From positions 682,001-746,000 of the forward strand of contig CP142728.1 in NCBI GenBank assembly GCA_036630325.1: a DNA stretch of 64,000 nucleotides. The letters run 5' to 3'. Under the pieces are notes generated by a model, which did not search any database, had not been told where the DNA came from, and saw nothing but the letters and a program-made list of their open reading frames with translations. Positions 42,761-54,248 of this stretch are shown one piece after another. The position numbers and the translations under genes were made by a program. The stretch is from Vairimorpha necatrix. Lineage: Eukaryota. The first letter of the stretch is position 1, and each line of letters opens with the position of its first letter.

Positions 42761-45112
42761 ATGCATAATGAAACAATAGCTACTATATTTTATAAAGACA
42801 TAAAATTAGAATATTGTATCTATGAAAATGAGTCATTGTACGTAGGCAGATATGTTTTAGACACAAGACAGTATGATAGTGGAATATCAATTATCAAAAA
42901 ACACAACATAACAAAAATTATTTTTCCGAATACATGCGATTTGAAAATGTTCAAAATCTTTAAAAATGAAATTCCAAATATCGAATTACTAGATAAGAAA
43001 CATTTCTCTGTACGAAAGAAATACAACGAAGAATTGTCTTTTGGGTGTCTTAATGCCTTAATTTATTATTTAGAAATTTATGTATTTAAACATCATATTG
43101 GATACTTAAATATTAAAGAACAAAAAACTTCGGAAATTGGTACTGTTGGCCAATTTAAAGTTTACAAAGATAATATTAAGGATTTCTTATATTTAGATCA
43201 CAATACGATTGAAGATCTAAATTTAAGAACTGATTTATTTAAGAAGATAAATTATGCTAAAACATCTTTTGGAAATAAGCAATTATTAAAATGGATGCTT
43301 TTTCCATTGAAAAGAGAATGTGAAATACTTAATAGACATAAGAATATATCAACGTTGATGAATGTTATAATATCGCCTTACCTGAGTAAGATCAAAGGAT
43401 TAGAAACCAATGGAATTATAAATATTTATAAACTTCCCATTTTGCTGAATAACGTCATAATTATAAACGACATATTGAAAGAAACAGCCTTGAAATTCCC
43501 CGAGATAAAACAGATAAGAAAAATGTATACGCTTATCGATATATTTGATGGCAAGGAACTTAAACGAGGAGTTTTCCCTAAATATGATCAATTAGTCAAT
43601 CTTTACACAAATCTTCCGACATATTTAGGTGAGATCGCAAAAAATATTACTCAGGAATCTGTAGAATCAATAAGTATTGTCTATATTCCTCAACTTGGAT
43701 ACCTCGTCGAACTCGATAAAGATGTAGATGCACTTGATAAAATGTTCGACATACCGGATGAATACATAAAAAATACTTCTATGAATAAAACAAAGATGTT
43801 AGAGCGATCATTGTTCAGTAATAGTGACATAAACAATAGAAGTAAATCTTATAAGAAATATTTCGATAGCAGAGTCGACAATATAAGTCAAATTATGGAT
43901 GATTTTACAAGTAAAAATATATTTGCAGAAAGTCAAACTAATAAAGATTTAACAGATAACACATTTACTGAAACTTATGATAAAAAATCCCGCGAAGTAG
44001 AAGATTTATATTCTTGTGCAATAGAACAAAACACAAACCAAATTGAAAGCAAGTTTTTTATAAATGATAAAATATACTTAAAAACCAAGGTAATGAATTT
44101 ATTAGACAGAGAACTTGGTGATTTAAATAATCTTATAGAAGAATTTAAAGATCTAAAAGTTAAAGAAATACGAGATTTGATTCTTGACTTTTCTCTGGAT
44201 AAAATATTAGAATACGTAGGAATGATAGACGCACTTAATTCCTTGAAATGTTTTTCCTTGGAACATAAATGTTGTGTGCCCAAAATATCTAAGGAAAGAA
44301 GAATAATTCTAAATAATCTTTGGAATTACGAATGCAGGATAGATTTATCTCAAAATGTAATTTTCAACGGATCTGAAGATTTTTTACATTTAATTGGAGA
44401 AGTAACTATCTTGTTTCACATTGGTTCTCACATTCCTTCACTTTCAGCAGAATTTTGTATATTCGATCAAATATACACATCGATAAATGTAAAAGAATCC
44501 TTGACAACAGACACGAGCTATTTTTATGCTTCATTGAAAAATATATCCAGGATAATAAACTACCACAATGACAGATCTCTTTGTTTAATAGCCAATCTTG
44601 GAGATGGTACAAATTCAGACATAGGAATGATTATCTACGAGAAGATCCATAAAAAGATAAAAGACGCCTTTGTAATTTCCTCCTGTAATTTTCTGGAGAG
44701 ATTTAAACATTTCAAAAAGCCAATATCGAGTACAGAAATAATCATCCCTGATGTTCCATACGAAGAAACATTTGAGTTAAAACAAGATTCCATTAGACAC
44801 GAAAGAATGTCTTCAGTATACGTCAATTCGAGTGCATCTGTAGAATGCGAAGATTGTCTTTGTTCAAACTATAAATATTGTAAGATACAAATTAGGGATA
44901 ATCTTATTTTATTTGAGAATATAAAAGATATCGAATCTTACTTTTCAAATCAAATACAAAATATGAATATTTCAGATAAATTTAAAATTCTCCTCAAGGA
45001 GAGCCTGGAAATGATAAAACAAGGAAATATCTCCTTTTTAGATAAACAAGAAGATTTATGGGCCATAAAAGTCGTCAATGATTTTTTCAAGAAATACAGA
45101 ATTGAAATGTAA
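42761..45112 (+). CDS. MSH5: MutS homologue 5-like protein with degenerate ATPase motifs
   Basis: KTSFGNKQLLKWMLFP, the MSH5-type YIPQLGYLV, LDRELGDL, HIGSHIP...DQIYT...ES...SYF...SLCLIANLGDGTN. Confidence 0.75.
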   Translation: MHNETIATIFYKDIKLEYCIYENESLYVGRYVLDTRQYDSGISIIKKHNITKIIFPNTCDLKMFKIFKNEIPNIELLDKKHFSVRKKYNEELSFGCLNALIYYLEIYVFKHHIGYLNIKEQKTSEIGTVGQFKVYKDNIKDFLYLDHNTIEDLNLRTDLFKKINYAKTSFGNKQLLKWMLFPLKRECEILNRHKNISTLMNVIISPYLSKIKGLETNGIINIYKLPILLNNVIIINDILKETALKFPEIKQIRKMYTLIDIFDGKELKRGVFPKYDQLVNLYTNLPTYLGEIAKNITQESVESISIVYIPQLGYLVELDKDVDALDKMFDIPDEYIKNTSMNKTKMLERSLFSNSDINNRSKSYKKYFDSRVDNISQIMDDFTSKNIFAESQTNKDLTDNTFTETYDKKSREVEDLYSCAIEQNTNQIESKFFINDKIYLKTKVMNLLDRELGDLNNLIEEFKDLKVKEIRDLILDFSLDKILEYVGMIDALNSLKCFSLEHKCCVPKISKERRIILNNLWNYECRIDLSQNVIFNGSEDFLHLIGEVTILFHIGSHIPSLSAEFCIFDQIYTSINVKESLTTDTSYFYASLKNISRIINYHNDRSLCLIANLGDGTNSDIGMIIYEKIHKKIKDAFVISSCNFLERFKHFKKPISSTEIIIPDVPYEETFELKQDSIRHERMSSVYVNSSASVECEDCLCSNYKYCKIQIRDNLILFENIKDIESYFSNQIQNMNISDKFKILLKESLEMIKQGNISFLDKQEDLWAIKVVNDFFKKYRIEM

Positions 45113-45123
45113 AAAGTCGAGGT

Positions 45124-46443
45124 TTATATGACGTCATGGCTTGAGTTTTTATTTTTTACTGTGTTGAGAATTCTGTCATATTTCATGTTTTCTCTAAAAT
45201 ATTCTAGTTCGTCAGATGATGAATGTTCAGAATAAGGAGTATAAAAGATGTCTATGCCTTTTTTGACTTTTCTCCCGTCTGCTTTTAACCAGTCAAATGA
45301 CACAGTTGTGTCTCGCCAACCAGTGCCACAGAAGACAGCCACTCTGTCTGCTTTTACAGTGTCTAGAATTTTATGAAGTCTCTTTTTTTCTGTGTGCTGC
45401 GTGCTTATGACCATCACTTGGTTTTCTGTGTTTTCGGTTGTAATTCTAGAAAATGGTCTTATGTGACTATGTGTCTGTATATTTCCACTATTAATATTTG
45501 CGTCAATGATATCTTCACTATTAATATTTGCGCCAATGATATTTCCACTATTAATATTTGCGTCAATGATATTTTCTGTTTGAATATTCGTCTTTTCCTT
45601 CAAAGGCGTAGGCTTCTTACAGTATTTCAAGATTGACTCACTTTTATTTACAGGAGATTTCTTTTTAGATACTGTCAGTGTTTTAATTGTTCGTTTTATG
45701 GTTTTAATTTCAGATAATGTTTTCTCGGGCTTAGTTTTACTTCGGTAGTTATTTACTATTCTCTCCACTTCGTTGTTTAGTCTATCAATGGCTTCTTGAT
45801 CATAGCATTTATATATTCTCATCTTCTCGTATTCCACCTTGACACTCATATTGAAATAGTGCGCCACACATAGAAAGATCTTCTCTTTTCCTATGGAATA
45901 CGTACAGAACAGATATTTATAATTTATAGGCACTAGACAGTTCGTGTTTTTATGATTTCTGATCGTGTCTAAAATACCATGAATGACGACTTCCTGAGAT
46001 GGGAAAGATCTAAATCCTTCAAATGTGTTGTCTAAGAAGATTGTATTAAACTTGTACTTCAAAAGATGACTAGTTAAATCAAAAGTACATCTAAAATCCC
46101 CTGTGTGTAAGATAAGATGACCATTTATAGAGAAGATAAAACACACAGCCCCAGGACAATGATTCGCATCTATCAAATATACTGTATTATTATCACCAAG
46201 ATGGTACAATACATTATTTTCTAAGGGGGTTGTTTTACATTTAAATTTGAGATCTATCAAATTGGCTGTCGTATTTGAACAGTAAATTGTATGAGGAAAA
46301 GATTTCTTTAAGCCACCATAATGATCAGCATGGAAATGAGATAAGAAATAATGAGAAGCATTTGATATTTCCAGATTGAAACAATCTACTACATAATCTG
46401 TAAATGGTATCTTCTTGTGTCTAGGGATACTATAAATATCCAT
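45124..46443 (-). CDS. PSO2: Pso2/SNM1 beta-CASP DNA cross-link repair nuclease
   Basis: FLSHFHADHYGGL, ANHCPGAV, LHTGDFR, LDNT, PYSEHSS. Start at MDIYSIP after CCC. Confidence 0.92.
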   Translation of the reverse strand: MDIYSIPRHKKIPFTDYVVDCFNLEISNASHYFLSHFHADHYGGLKKSFPHTIYCSNTTANLIDLKFKCKTTPLENNVLYHLGDNNTVYLIDANHCPGAVCFIFSINGHLILHTGDFRCTFDLTSHLLKYKFNTIFLDNTFEGFRSFPSQEVVIHGILDTIRNHKNTNCLVPINYKYLFCTYSIGKEKIFLCVAHYFNMSVKVEYEKMRIYKCYDQEAIDRLNNEVERIVNNYRSKTKPEKTLSEIKTIKRTIKTLTVSKKKSPVNKSESILKYCKKPTPLKEKTNIQTENIIDANINSGNIIGANINSEDIIDANINSGNIQTHSHIRPFSRITTENTENQVMVISTQHTEKKRLHKILDTVKADRVAVFCGTGWRDTTVSFDWLKADGRKVKKGIDIFYTPYSEHSSSDELEYFRENMKYDRILNTVKNKNSSHDVI

Positions 46444-46483
46444 GGGCAACAAAGTATTTTTTACTAATAGAAAATTATAATAT

Positions 46484-46831
46484 TTAAATGTATTCTTGAT
46501 ATTGACAGTCCGCATACCATGACTTAGAATCTGTAAATGTGTGTACAAAAATATTAAATCCTTTACAATTCAGAATCTGCATATAATTGTAGATCTTATT
46601 TGTGATATTGATAGTACTCATAGAATAAATAAGAATATCTTCTGGACTACGTAACAATTCTAATAAAATCCGAGATAAGTCCAGAGAATCACAGGCTACC
46701 ATTGTCTTTTGATGGTCCAGATTTTTAAAAGTGCAAATTATCAAGATATTTGGATTATGGAGAATGAAATCATCAAAATCAAAAATTTGAAAAATTTTTC
46801 CTATTTTTGCATTTGATTTCAGAAGAAACAT
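46484..46831 (-). CDS. Hypothetical 115-aa protein
   Basis: Fills the gap between PSO2 and RPT6. Start context TTTGTCCTTAA-ATG. No motif recognised. Confidence 0.55.
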   Translation of the reverse strand: MFLLKSNAKIGKIFQIFDFDDFILHNPNILIICTFKNLDHQKTMVACDSLDLSRILLELLRSPEDILIYSMSTINITNKIYNYMQILNCKGFNIFVHTFTDSKSWYADCQYQEYI

Positions 46832-47105
46832 TTAAGGACAAATTAAAAAAATATTTTAAATATGCCTAAAACAATTAAGTAATGAGATAAATAACATTTA
46901 ATTCCAAGATACAATGCTTAATTTTAAATATAATATATACACACAGATATCAATAAGATACAGTATCATAAAAAATACGATATTTTCGCATAGATTATTA
47001 TGAGATATATTTAAATTGATGCCAAGATAAATTACTCACTCAAAACACCAAAATTTATTCACAAAAATTATAATAAGATTTATTTATAATTTTTCTTACC
47101 CCAAA

Positions 47106-48284
47106 ATGTCCTCATCTATTTGTAGAGATTTTTATATAAACGAGATTGACAAGATTGATGTCCAAATCCAGAAAAAGAAGAAAGTTCTACAACATTTAGA
47201 ACAAGAAAGGGCAGAATTGAATAAACAAGTCAGACAATTAAGGGAAGAAATCAGTATTGTACAAGAACCCAGTAGTAATGTGGGGACTATATCTGAAAAG
47301 ATGGGCAAAAAACAAGTTCTAGTGAAGACGAACCCAGATGGTAAATATCTAGTCAAAGTCGAGCCTCATATAAATTATGACGAGTTGAAGCCTGGCGTGA
47401 GAGTGGCTTTGAGAAGTGACAGTTTTGAAGTTCATAGGATTTTACCTTTAAAAGTTGACCCACTAGTGTCTCTGATGATGGTTGATAAAGTGCCTGATTC
47501 TACGTACAATATGATAGGAGGACTAGATGAACAGATTAAAGAAATACAAGAAGTAATTGAGTTACCAATTAAGCACCCTGAGTTATTTGAGAATTTGGGC
47601 ATAGCTCAGCCAAAGGGTGTGCTTCTTTACGGGCCCCCTGGGACGGGCAAGACCCTCCTGGCCAGGGCTGTGGCTCATCACACCATGTGTAAGTTTATTA
47701 GAGTGTCCGGCTCGGAATTGGTCCAGAAATATATTGGAGAAGGGTCGAGACTAGTGAGGGAGTTATTTGTCATGGCAAGAGAACACGCCCCCTCTATTAT
47801 TTTTATGGATGAGATTGACTCTATTGGTTCCTCCAGGACTGACTCCTCTTCGGGGGGAGACAGTGAAGTGCAGAGGACCATGTTGGAATTATTAAACCAG
47901 TTAGACGGATTTGAGTCTCAGCAGAATATCAAGGTTATTATGGCTACTAATAGGATAGACATCCTTGATTCTGCTCTACTTAGAGCAGGGAGAATTGACA
48001 GGAAGATCGAGTTCCCTCAACCAAAGGAGTCTGCTCGATTAGAAATATTGAGGATACATTCTAAGAAGATGAATTTGACCAAGGGCATAGACTTGGACAG
48101 CATAGCTTCTAAGTTGGTAGGGTCTTCTGGCGCCGAAGTAAAGGCAGTCTGCACTGAGGCGGGGATGTTTGCCCTTAGAGAGCGCAGAGTTCATGTGACA
48201 CAAGAAGATTTCGAGTTGGCAGTTTCTAAAGTCATGAAGAAAGCGACAGATCCAAATGGAGATTTGAGGAAATTATTAAAATAA
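47106..48284 (+). CDS. RPT6: 26S proteasome AAA ATPase Rpt6
   Basis: [63 protein letters not shown]. Confidence 0.97.
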   Translation: MSSSICRDFYINEIDKIDVQIQKKKKVLQHLEQERAELNKQVRQLREEISIVQEPSSNVGTISEKMGKKQVLVKTNPDGKYLVKVEPHINYDELKPGVRVALRSDSFEVHRILPLKVDPLVSLMMVDKVPDSTYNMIGGLDEQIKEIQEVIELPIKHPELFENLGIAQPKGVLLYGPPGTGKTLLARAVAHHTMCKFIRVSGSELVQKYIGEGSRLVRELFVMAREHAPSIIFMDEIDSIGSSRTDSSSGGDSEVQRTMLELLNQLDGFESQQNIKVIMATNRIDILDSALLRAGRIDRKIEFPQPKESARLEILRIHSKKMNLTKGIDLDSIASKLVGSSGAEVKAVCTEAGMFALRERRVHVTQEDFELAVSKVMKKATDPNGDLRKLLK

Positions 48285-48328
48285 AAAGATTATTTGTACT
48301 CAGAAATTTGAATTTTATTTACCCTTTT

Positions 48329-48880
48329 ATGACAAATATAAAACGAGAATCTAATAGTGACAAATCTATTACAGATATAAATGATATATCTAATAGTGAC
48401 AAATCTATAGATCAGAGATCTGAACTCATTAATCTTTGTAATAAATACAAATTACCTTTAAATGTCAAAAATACTTGTATAAAAATTTATAATAAGATCC
48501 ACAATATTCTCAATATTGATGACCTCATCTTTCACATTCTGGCAGTCGCGGCCAAATGTGAAGAGATCCACACTCTCAATATTCCTTTTAGACATCTCAA
48601 ACATGAATCCCAAATCCACGAAGCCTTGGATTTTCAGTATGACTTCCCTTCTATTTACCTCAAGATGAGCTCAATATTAATTAAATTACAATTAAATGGC
48701 ATGGGAGACTACACTGAGAAATATGAAGAAGCGTGTTTATTATTAGACAAATTACTAATAAAAGACAATGACGAGTACAGTGACATAGAGAAAGTGGTGT
48801 GTGTATTGGGACTTCCTGAGAATATAACAGGGTATTTATGCAATATTGAAAGAGTCAAAAGATTATCAAAATATTTATGA
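48329..48880 (+). CDS. Small transcription-type cyclin (cyclin H/C/K-like)
   Basis: Cyclin-box pattern ILAVAAKCEE...ESQIHEALDFQYDFPSIY. Start after CCC. Confidence 0.6.
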   Translation: MTNIKRESNSDKSITDINDISNSDKSIDQRSELINLCNKYKLPLNVKNTCIKIYNKIHNILNIDDLIFHILAVAAKCEEIHTLNIPFRHLKHESQIHEALDFQYDFPSIYLKMSSILIKLQLNGMGDYTEKYEEACLLLDKLLIKDNDEYSDIEKVVCVLGLPENITGYLCNIERVKRLSKYL

Positions 48881-49560
48881 CAATATAATACCAAATAACA
48901 TATTTACATAAATGAAAACAATTCATGTGGAATTTCTTAGAAACTGAATCAAGAAAAAACACGCAGAATCTATAAAAAGATGAGACACGTTGATAACAAA
49001 TAAATTACAATTTTCTAGACTAAAATATATAAGCATTCTATAGTCTTAAATCTAGTATATAAAAAACTCAACATTTTCTAAGCTTCAGATTTCCATTTTA
49101 CTAAATACAAAACATACTTCTAATTCTTAGTAGTATTAAAGGAAAATATTAAAACAGATCCTAGGTAATGTGTTTTATAGTAAATAAATAAAGTAAATCT
49201 TATTTTATATAATTTGTTCGTTAACAAACAAACTGTTTATTCAAAAAACTATTTAAGAATAAATTTCTGCAAGAAATTAAGATCTTAATTTTCCAGTATA
49301 AAATTTATACCTAGAGAATTTGAGCGATTTATAAATTATACATCAGATACATGTATTTATATTATGGGATTTAAATGATGTCTAAAGCACTATGGAATTT
49401 ACTTTGGATGTCCTATTCATACATTAGAATATATTACATTTCTAAGATGTCATATTTTATAGAATGTTACACAATTATCCATACTACATAGTACTATGCA
49501 TTTTGTTCATCTTCTAAAACTTAATGCTTGTTTTGTTTTATTTCATCCCTTATATTTCAT

Positions 49561-50625
49561 ATGGATATTTTAAAAAGCCCAATAGACGCCGACTCAACAA
49601 TTCTTGCCCTTGACAAGTCTTCAGCATACACTGACTTATTCCTCAGTGTGCTAAGAGATCCCAATCCAGATTTAATAAGTAAGTTAGTAATTAGTAATCT
49701 GACTAAGATGATACAAGACTTGAAATATTTGATAAAGATGAAATACCCTAAACTTAAATCAGAGATACAGACTAATATTCACATGATTGTCCTTCTACTT
49801 CTCGGGTATGGTATAAATGTAGACACTATAATTATTAATTTATTAAGACAAGGGTATATAAATTTCCCCACAGATCATAAATATTTTAAAGAGTATAAAA
49901 ATGCACTGCCTTTTATTAGATTCCATCATAAAGAGAAGTGTCCCTTACCCCTGAGTACTACTTGTGCTACACTTATTACTTATGATATGGAGACAGATAT
50001 TTTATTTATAGCCCACGTTGAATCAAATATACAGTTTTATATTAATGCATTTATACAGAAGTATAAGAATAAGGCAGATGATATATTGACATTTATTAAT
50101 GGTAAATTATTATCAGGAGATAATATAGATTGTCTTATTAAGAATATTTATAGATATGGTAAAGTGTATAATGAGCACAATATACAACCCAGAGATATAA
50201 AAATGCAAACAAAATCTAAACCAAGAGATATAAATAATCAAATTAGAGACATTGACTCACAAATAAGAGATATAAATCCTCAAATAAGGGACATTAATTT
50301 ACATAGTACAAAAAATATAAAACAAGATATAAATAAGCCAAATGACTGCCATACATTATTACGAGTTATTTCTGATTTATCTTTCCCGAGCTACTACACA
50401 TGTATAAATAATATGAAGAATACTAAGGTCCCCTTCATTGCCCCTGCCTTGTACAAGGAAGTAGTCTTCGCTTCATTTGGTTATGACAATTATGTCCAGG
50501 TCTACTTGTGGAAGATACTCGTCTACCAGAAAATATTATTTGATATAGAAATCGAGATCGAGGAATCAGATCTTAAGACTCAGGAAGCCTTAGAAGGGTA
50601 TGACATTTACTTGAATATTCACTGA
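49561..50625 (+). CDS. Hypothetical protein with 7-aa RDIN repeats
   Basis: Long ORF, ATG after CCC. Confidence 0.7.
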   Translation: MDILKSPIDADSTILALDKSSAYTDLFLSVLRDPNPDLISKLVISNLTKMIQDLKYLIKMKYPKLKSEIQTNIHMIVLLLLGYGINVDTIIINLLRQGYINFPTDHKYFKEYKNALPFIRFHHKEKCPLPLSTTCATLITYDMETDILFIAHVESNIQFYINAFIQKYKNKADDILTFINGKLLSGDNIDCLIKNIYRYGKVYNEHNIQPRDIKMQTKSKPRDINNQIRDIDSQIRDINPQIRDINLHSTKNIKQDINKPNDCHTLLRVISDLSFPSYYTCINNMKNTKVPFIAPALYKEVVFASFGYDNYVQVYLWKILVYQKILFDIEIEIEESDLKTQEALEGYDIYLNIH

Positions 50626-50629
50626 TAGA

Positions 50630-51127
50630 TTATTTATAAGTCCCTCTTAATATATTGTGCATCTCCTTACTAAGCTTGTCTACTTCTTCCTCTTCTAAAA
50701 TACTTAGAGATTCTTTGTCCAGTAGTATCTTTATATCTTTTATATAAGAATATAAGACAAGGTTTAATTTAATATAATTATTAAGTAGTTCTGAGATTCT
50801 TCTATTTAGTATATTCTGTAAGGGGTGATCACTTTTCTCTAATATTTTACACCCTTGTAATATCTTGTTAGTTTCTATTATTCTATTTATTATTCCTTGT
50901 CCGTCTTTCTTGTAGTATATAAATTCCCTAATTTCTACTAAGAGTCTTCTTTGGATATCTTTGAATTCTAAGGAATATTCTAGGGTCCCTAATTCCCCGG
51001 GCTTGATAATAAGTGGGTGAAGATCTTCTATATTATTTTTACTTGTAAAGATGTGAGACAAGGACTCTTTTCTATTATTCTTATGAATAGAGAGGAGTAT
51101 CTTATAATATTCAGTGAGATCCTTCAT
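50630..51127 (-). CDS. Hypothetical protein
   Basis: 165-aa ORF converging on the previous gene with a 4-bp gap. Confidence 0.6.
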   Translation of the reverse strand: MKDLTEYYKILLSIHKNNRKESLSHIFTSKNNIEDLHPLIIKPGELGTLEYSLEFKDIQRRLLVEIREFIYYKKDGQGIINRIIETNKILQGCKILEKSDHPLQNILNRRISELLNNYIKLNLVLYSYIKDIKILLDKESLSILEEEEVDKLSKEMHNILRGTYK

Positions 51128-51408
51128 GAATATAATCGAGAAATTTCATTATATTTTATATCAAGTATGAAACAAATTTAGAACAAATAATTAATAAACC
51201 AGTACTAGATAAAAATCATATATATATAATTAATTTATATATACATAGATATATAATTAAGTTAAATATAATTATCTTAATATACTTTAGATATATAATT
51301 AAGTTATATATATATATTATAAATGTAATCTTATATATAATTATGTATGTATAATTTTGTTATATATAATATTTTCTTTTTTTATATTTAAATTAGTCTC
51401 AATGTTGT

Positions 51409-51924
51409 TTATTCATGTTTTTTCTCTTGTATCTTCTTCGCTGCTTCTTTGGCCACTGCGTCTGCTTTACTAAGTGCTGAATTTATCCCATTATCATTTA
51501 TATACCACCTCTCTGGTATTTTACTTATTATTACATCATAGACGACTTTACTCCCTCTAAATCTTGAAGGTCCAATATAAAGAAGTAAGAAGAATTTTAA
51601 GGTATAAAACATTGGTATAAAAGATACAATAAATCGGGAATATGCATCCAGAGAAGTAAGAAGCCCAAAAGTCACCCAGAATATTAAGAGATGTCTTATT
51701 TCATCTTTATTTGGGTTTACTTGTTTGAGGACTAAGAGTGTCTCTCTTAGAGGAATTATTACTCCTATAAGGGAAGTTATAATTGGGCCTATGGGTGTCG
51801 ACATGATTAAGATTATTACTAGAAGAACAGAAGCTAAGAGGGCGTATTCTTTAGGGATTTTTAAGTCTCTTTCTATTTTATTAAGAATAGGGAATTTTGA
51901 TGAAATATTTTTTATATCTTCCAT
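51409..51924 (-). CDS. YOP1: Yop1/DP1/REEP ER-shaping protein
   Basis: Two long hydrophobic hairpins, LLIFWVTFG, FIPMFYTLKFFLLLY, FRGSKVVYD. Confidence 0.85.
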   Translation of the reverse strand: MEDIKNISSKFPILNKIERDLKIPKEYALLASVLLVIILIMSTPIGPIITSLIGVIIPLRETLLVLKQVNPNKDEIRHLLIFWVTFGLLTSLDAYSRFIVSFIPMFYTLKFFLLLYIGPSRFRGSKVVYDVIISKIPERWYINDNGINSALSKADAVAKEAAKKIQEKKHE

Positions 51925-52217
51925 GTTTATTTATGGGGTGGAAAATTATATACAAAATATTGAAACATTTATTTACAAAATGAGAAATATAGTAAATTAA
52001 TTTATATTATGCGGTATATGTTAATAATTTCCTTACAATAAAATAGTTTTTATTTTATTGTGCCGCATAAAATAGTCTTTATTTTATTATATGGAATACA
52101 AATTAGATTTTATATTGCAGCGTATATTTTAAATCTTCTTTATTTTATGCCGCATAATAAAATAAAGACTATTTTATTTTAATGCATAAAATATCCTTTA
52201 TTTAATAAAATCGTCTT

Positions 52218-52889
52218 TTACTTAGACTTCATTGTCTGTAAAGTACACGACAATAAAGACACAGAAGCATGCGCACTCATCAACAAAACATTATTCTCAT
52301 TTAAATCCCCAGACATCAAATCCAAATACATTTTCAATAATCCCAAATTTCTATCAAAAAGAAACTCGAAATTCAGAAACAGCATAAATGTCCCGACTAG
52401 AGAAAAAAACAAAGAAATTATAATCTCAAGGAAATAGAACAAGATAACACCAAATATGAATAATAAGACGACAAATATGCCCACTACTGATAAATGTACA
52501 CCAGGAAGGAGGATTATATGGATCATAAGGATTAATATAATAAGATATATTAATAAATTCAACAAAACTAAAACCAAGTAAGATAAGATGAATGAAGAGA
52601 AACCGAGCAGATATTTAGAAGAGATTATAAGCGACAAATATGAAGCATATTTAGAAATCTCTAAGTGATTAATTAGTGTGGTGTGTGTAGCGGAGATAAA
52701 TGAGAAAAGAAGGGTAGACAAGGAAATATATTTGAACCTTAAACCGAAGAAAATGAGAAAGAGACCGAGAGAAAAAGATAAAGCAGTGGATAGGGGAGTA
52801 GAGAACATATACTTGTAGATGTCCTGTAAGATGTGGTCTACTAAATTCGAAGAACAACAAACAAAACTAAAAACAACAAAAATCTTCAT
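52218..52889 (-). CDS. Polytopic membrane protein (TMEM198/DUF4203-like)
   Basis: Signal-like N-terminus, LGLFLIFFGLRF, several TM segments, CCCC start motif. Confidence 0.6.
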   Translation of the reverse strand: MKIFVVFSFVCCSSNLVDHILQDIYKYMFSTPLSTALSFSLGLFLIFFGLRFKYISLSTLLFSFISATHTTLINHLEISKYASYLSLIISSKYLLGFSSFILSYLVLVLLNLLIYLIILILMIHIILLPGVHLSVVGIFVVLLFIFGVILFYFLEIIISLFFSLVGTFMLFLNFEFLFDRNLGLLKMYLDLMSGDLNENNVLLMSAHASVSLLSCTLQTMKSK

Positions 52890-53612
52890 TTAAAAGGGGA
52901 GAAAAAGAATTAATTACAATTATAATGAATAATAGATAAACTCCTTAATGCTTGTTAACTCCTTCAACATAATATATTGTAGAATATATTGACTCAGTGT
53001 GCCATAAAAAATTTTAATTAAAAAGAAAACAATAATAAGATTAGTAAAAAATTAGAATATTGAATGCACCAATTGGTCAGATGTCTACGAATAATATATA
53101 TTTTATAATTTCGCAAGGAATTTGGGATGATAATCACTAAGAGGAAAAAATTAATTTAATGGCTTGACGTGGCATCAAACTGTCAAAAGGGACATAAGAG
53201 AAAACAAGTTAAAAAAAAAAAACTTTTGGATTTTATGATGGGTCAAGATAATATTTATAAACTTACTTCTTTTTAAATACAAAGAGGAAATAGAATGTCT
53301 CTTCATTTATTAAGAAAGAGATAAATTTAGAAGATAAATATGTAGAAAGTGTAAACATGTCAAATCTGGCAGCGTTCATCATGAGAAATTTGACATGTTT
53401 TTCTTTCAATATTTTATAATGAAAAAAATCATGTTTTAATTCCGACGAAATATTAAATCAAGTGTTGTGACATTTTCATGTCATTGTTTATTTTATATTT
53501 TTATTATTAAATACCCCTTAACTTGGATATGTCTAACATCAAGATTTAGCATAGGAAGAAATTAGTTTAAATGCTTATTGATCCCTTTATAATTTAGTAC
53601 CCCCTTGGAATA

Positions 53613-54065
53613 ATGCATGACTTCTTTCTTGACCAGGCCTATGATCAAGCCGTCTTGGCTTATGAAGCACATGAAGTCCCCGTGGGCTGTGTCATAGTCC
53701 ACAAAGGGGAGATCATCAGTAGATCCCACAATCTGACTAATTCTTTGAGTACTCCTCTAGCACACGCAGAGCTCAATGCTCTGAAGAATATTGAGTCTCT
53801 TAATCTTAGTGGCAGAGATCTTGTCTTTTACATTACTTGTGAGCCATGTGTAATGTGTCTGGGTATTTTAGAGAGACTAGAGTGCACTGTCTATTTTGGG
53901 TGTACAAATGGGATATTTGGAGGAACAAGTGTAGTAAAATGTAAGAAAGATTTCTTAAATAATATGAACAGTAAGAAGTGTTATGAAATATTACAGAAGT
54001 TTTATAAGAGAGAAAATATAAATGCGCCCTCTGATTTAAGAAAACATAAACCTCCCACAAATTGA
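53613..54065 (+). CDS. TAD2: tRNA adenosine-34 deaminase catalytic subunit
   Basis: EVPVGCVIV, HAE, TCEPCVMC, FGCTNGIFGG. Confidence 0.9.
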   Translation: MHDFFLDQAYDQAVLAYEAHEVPVGCVIVHKGEIISRSHNLTNSLSTPLAHAELNALKNIESLNLSGRDLVFYITCEPCVMCLGILERLECTVYFGCTNGIFGGTSVVKCKKDFLNNMNSKKCYEILQKFYKRENINAPSDLRKHKPPTN

Positions 54066-54248
54066 ACTACCATAAAAATAAATTGATAAATTTAAATATG
54101 TTCATTAAATTGTACTGTATATAATGTATTATATATATTGTACAGTATATGTAAAAAAAAACATTATCAAATTAATACAAACAAAATTTAAATCAACAAA
54201 TTTTATATAAATCAAATATTAAAATTATATAATACACATCCTTTTATT

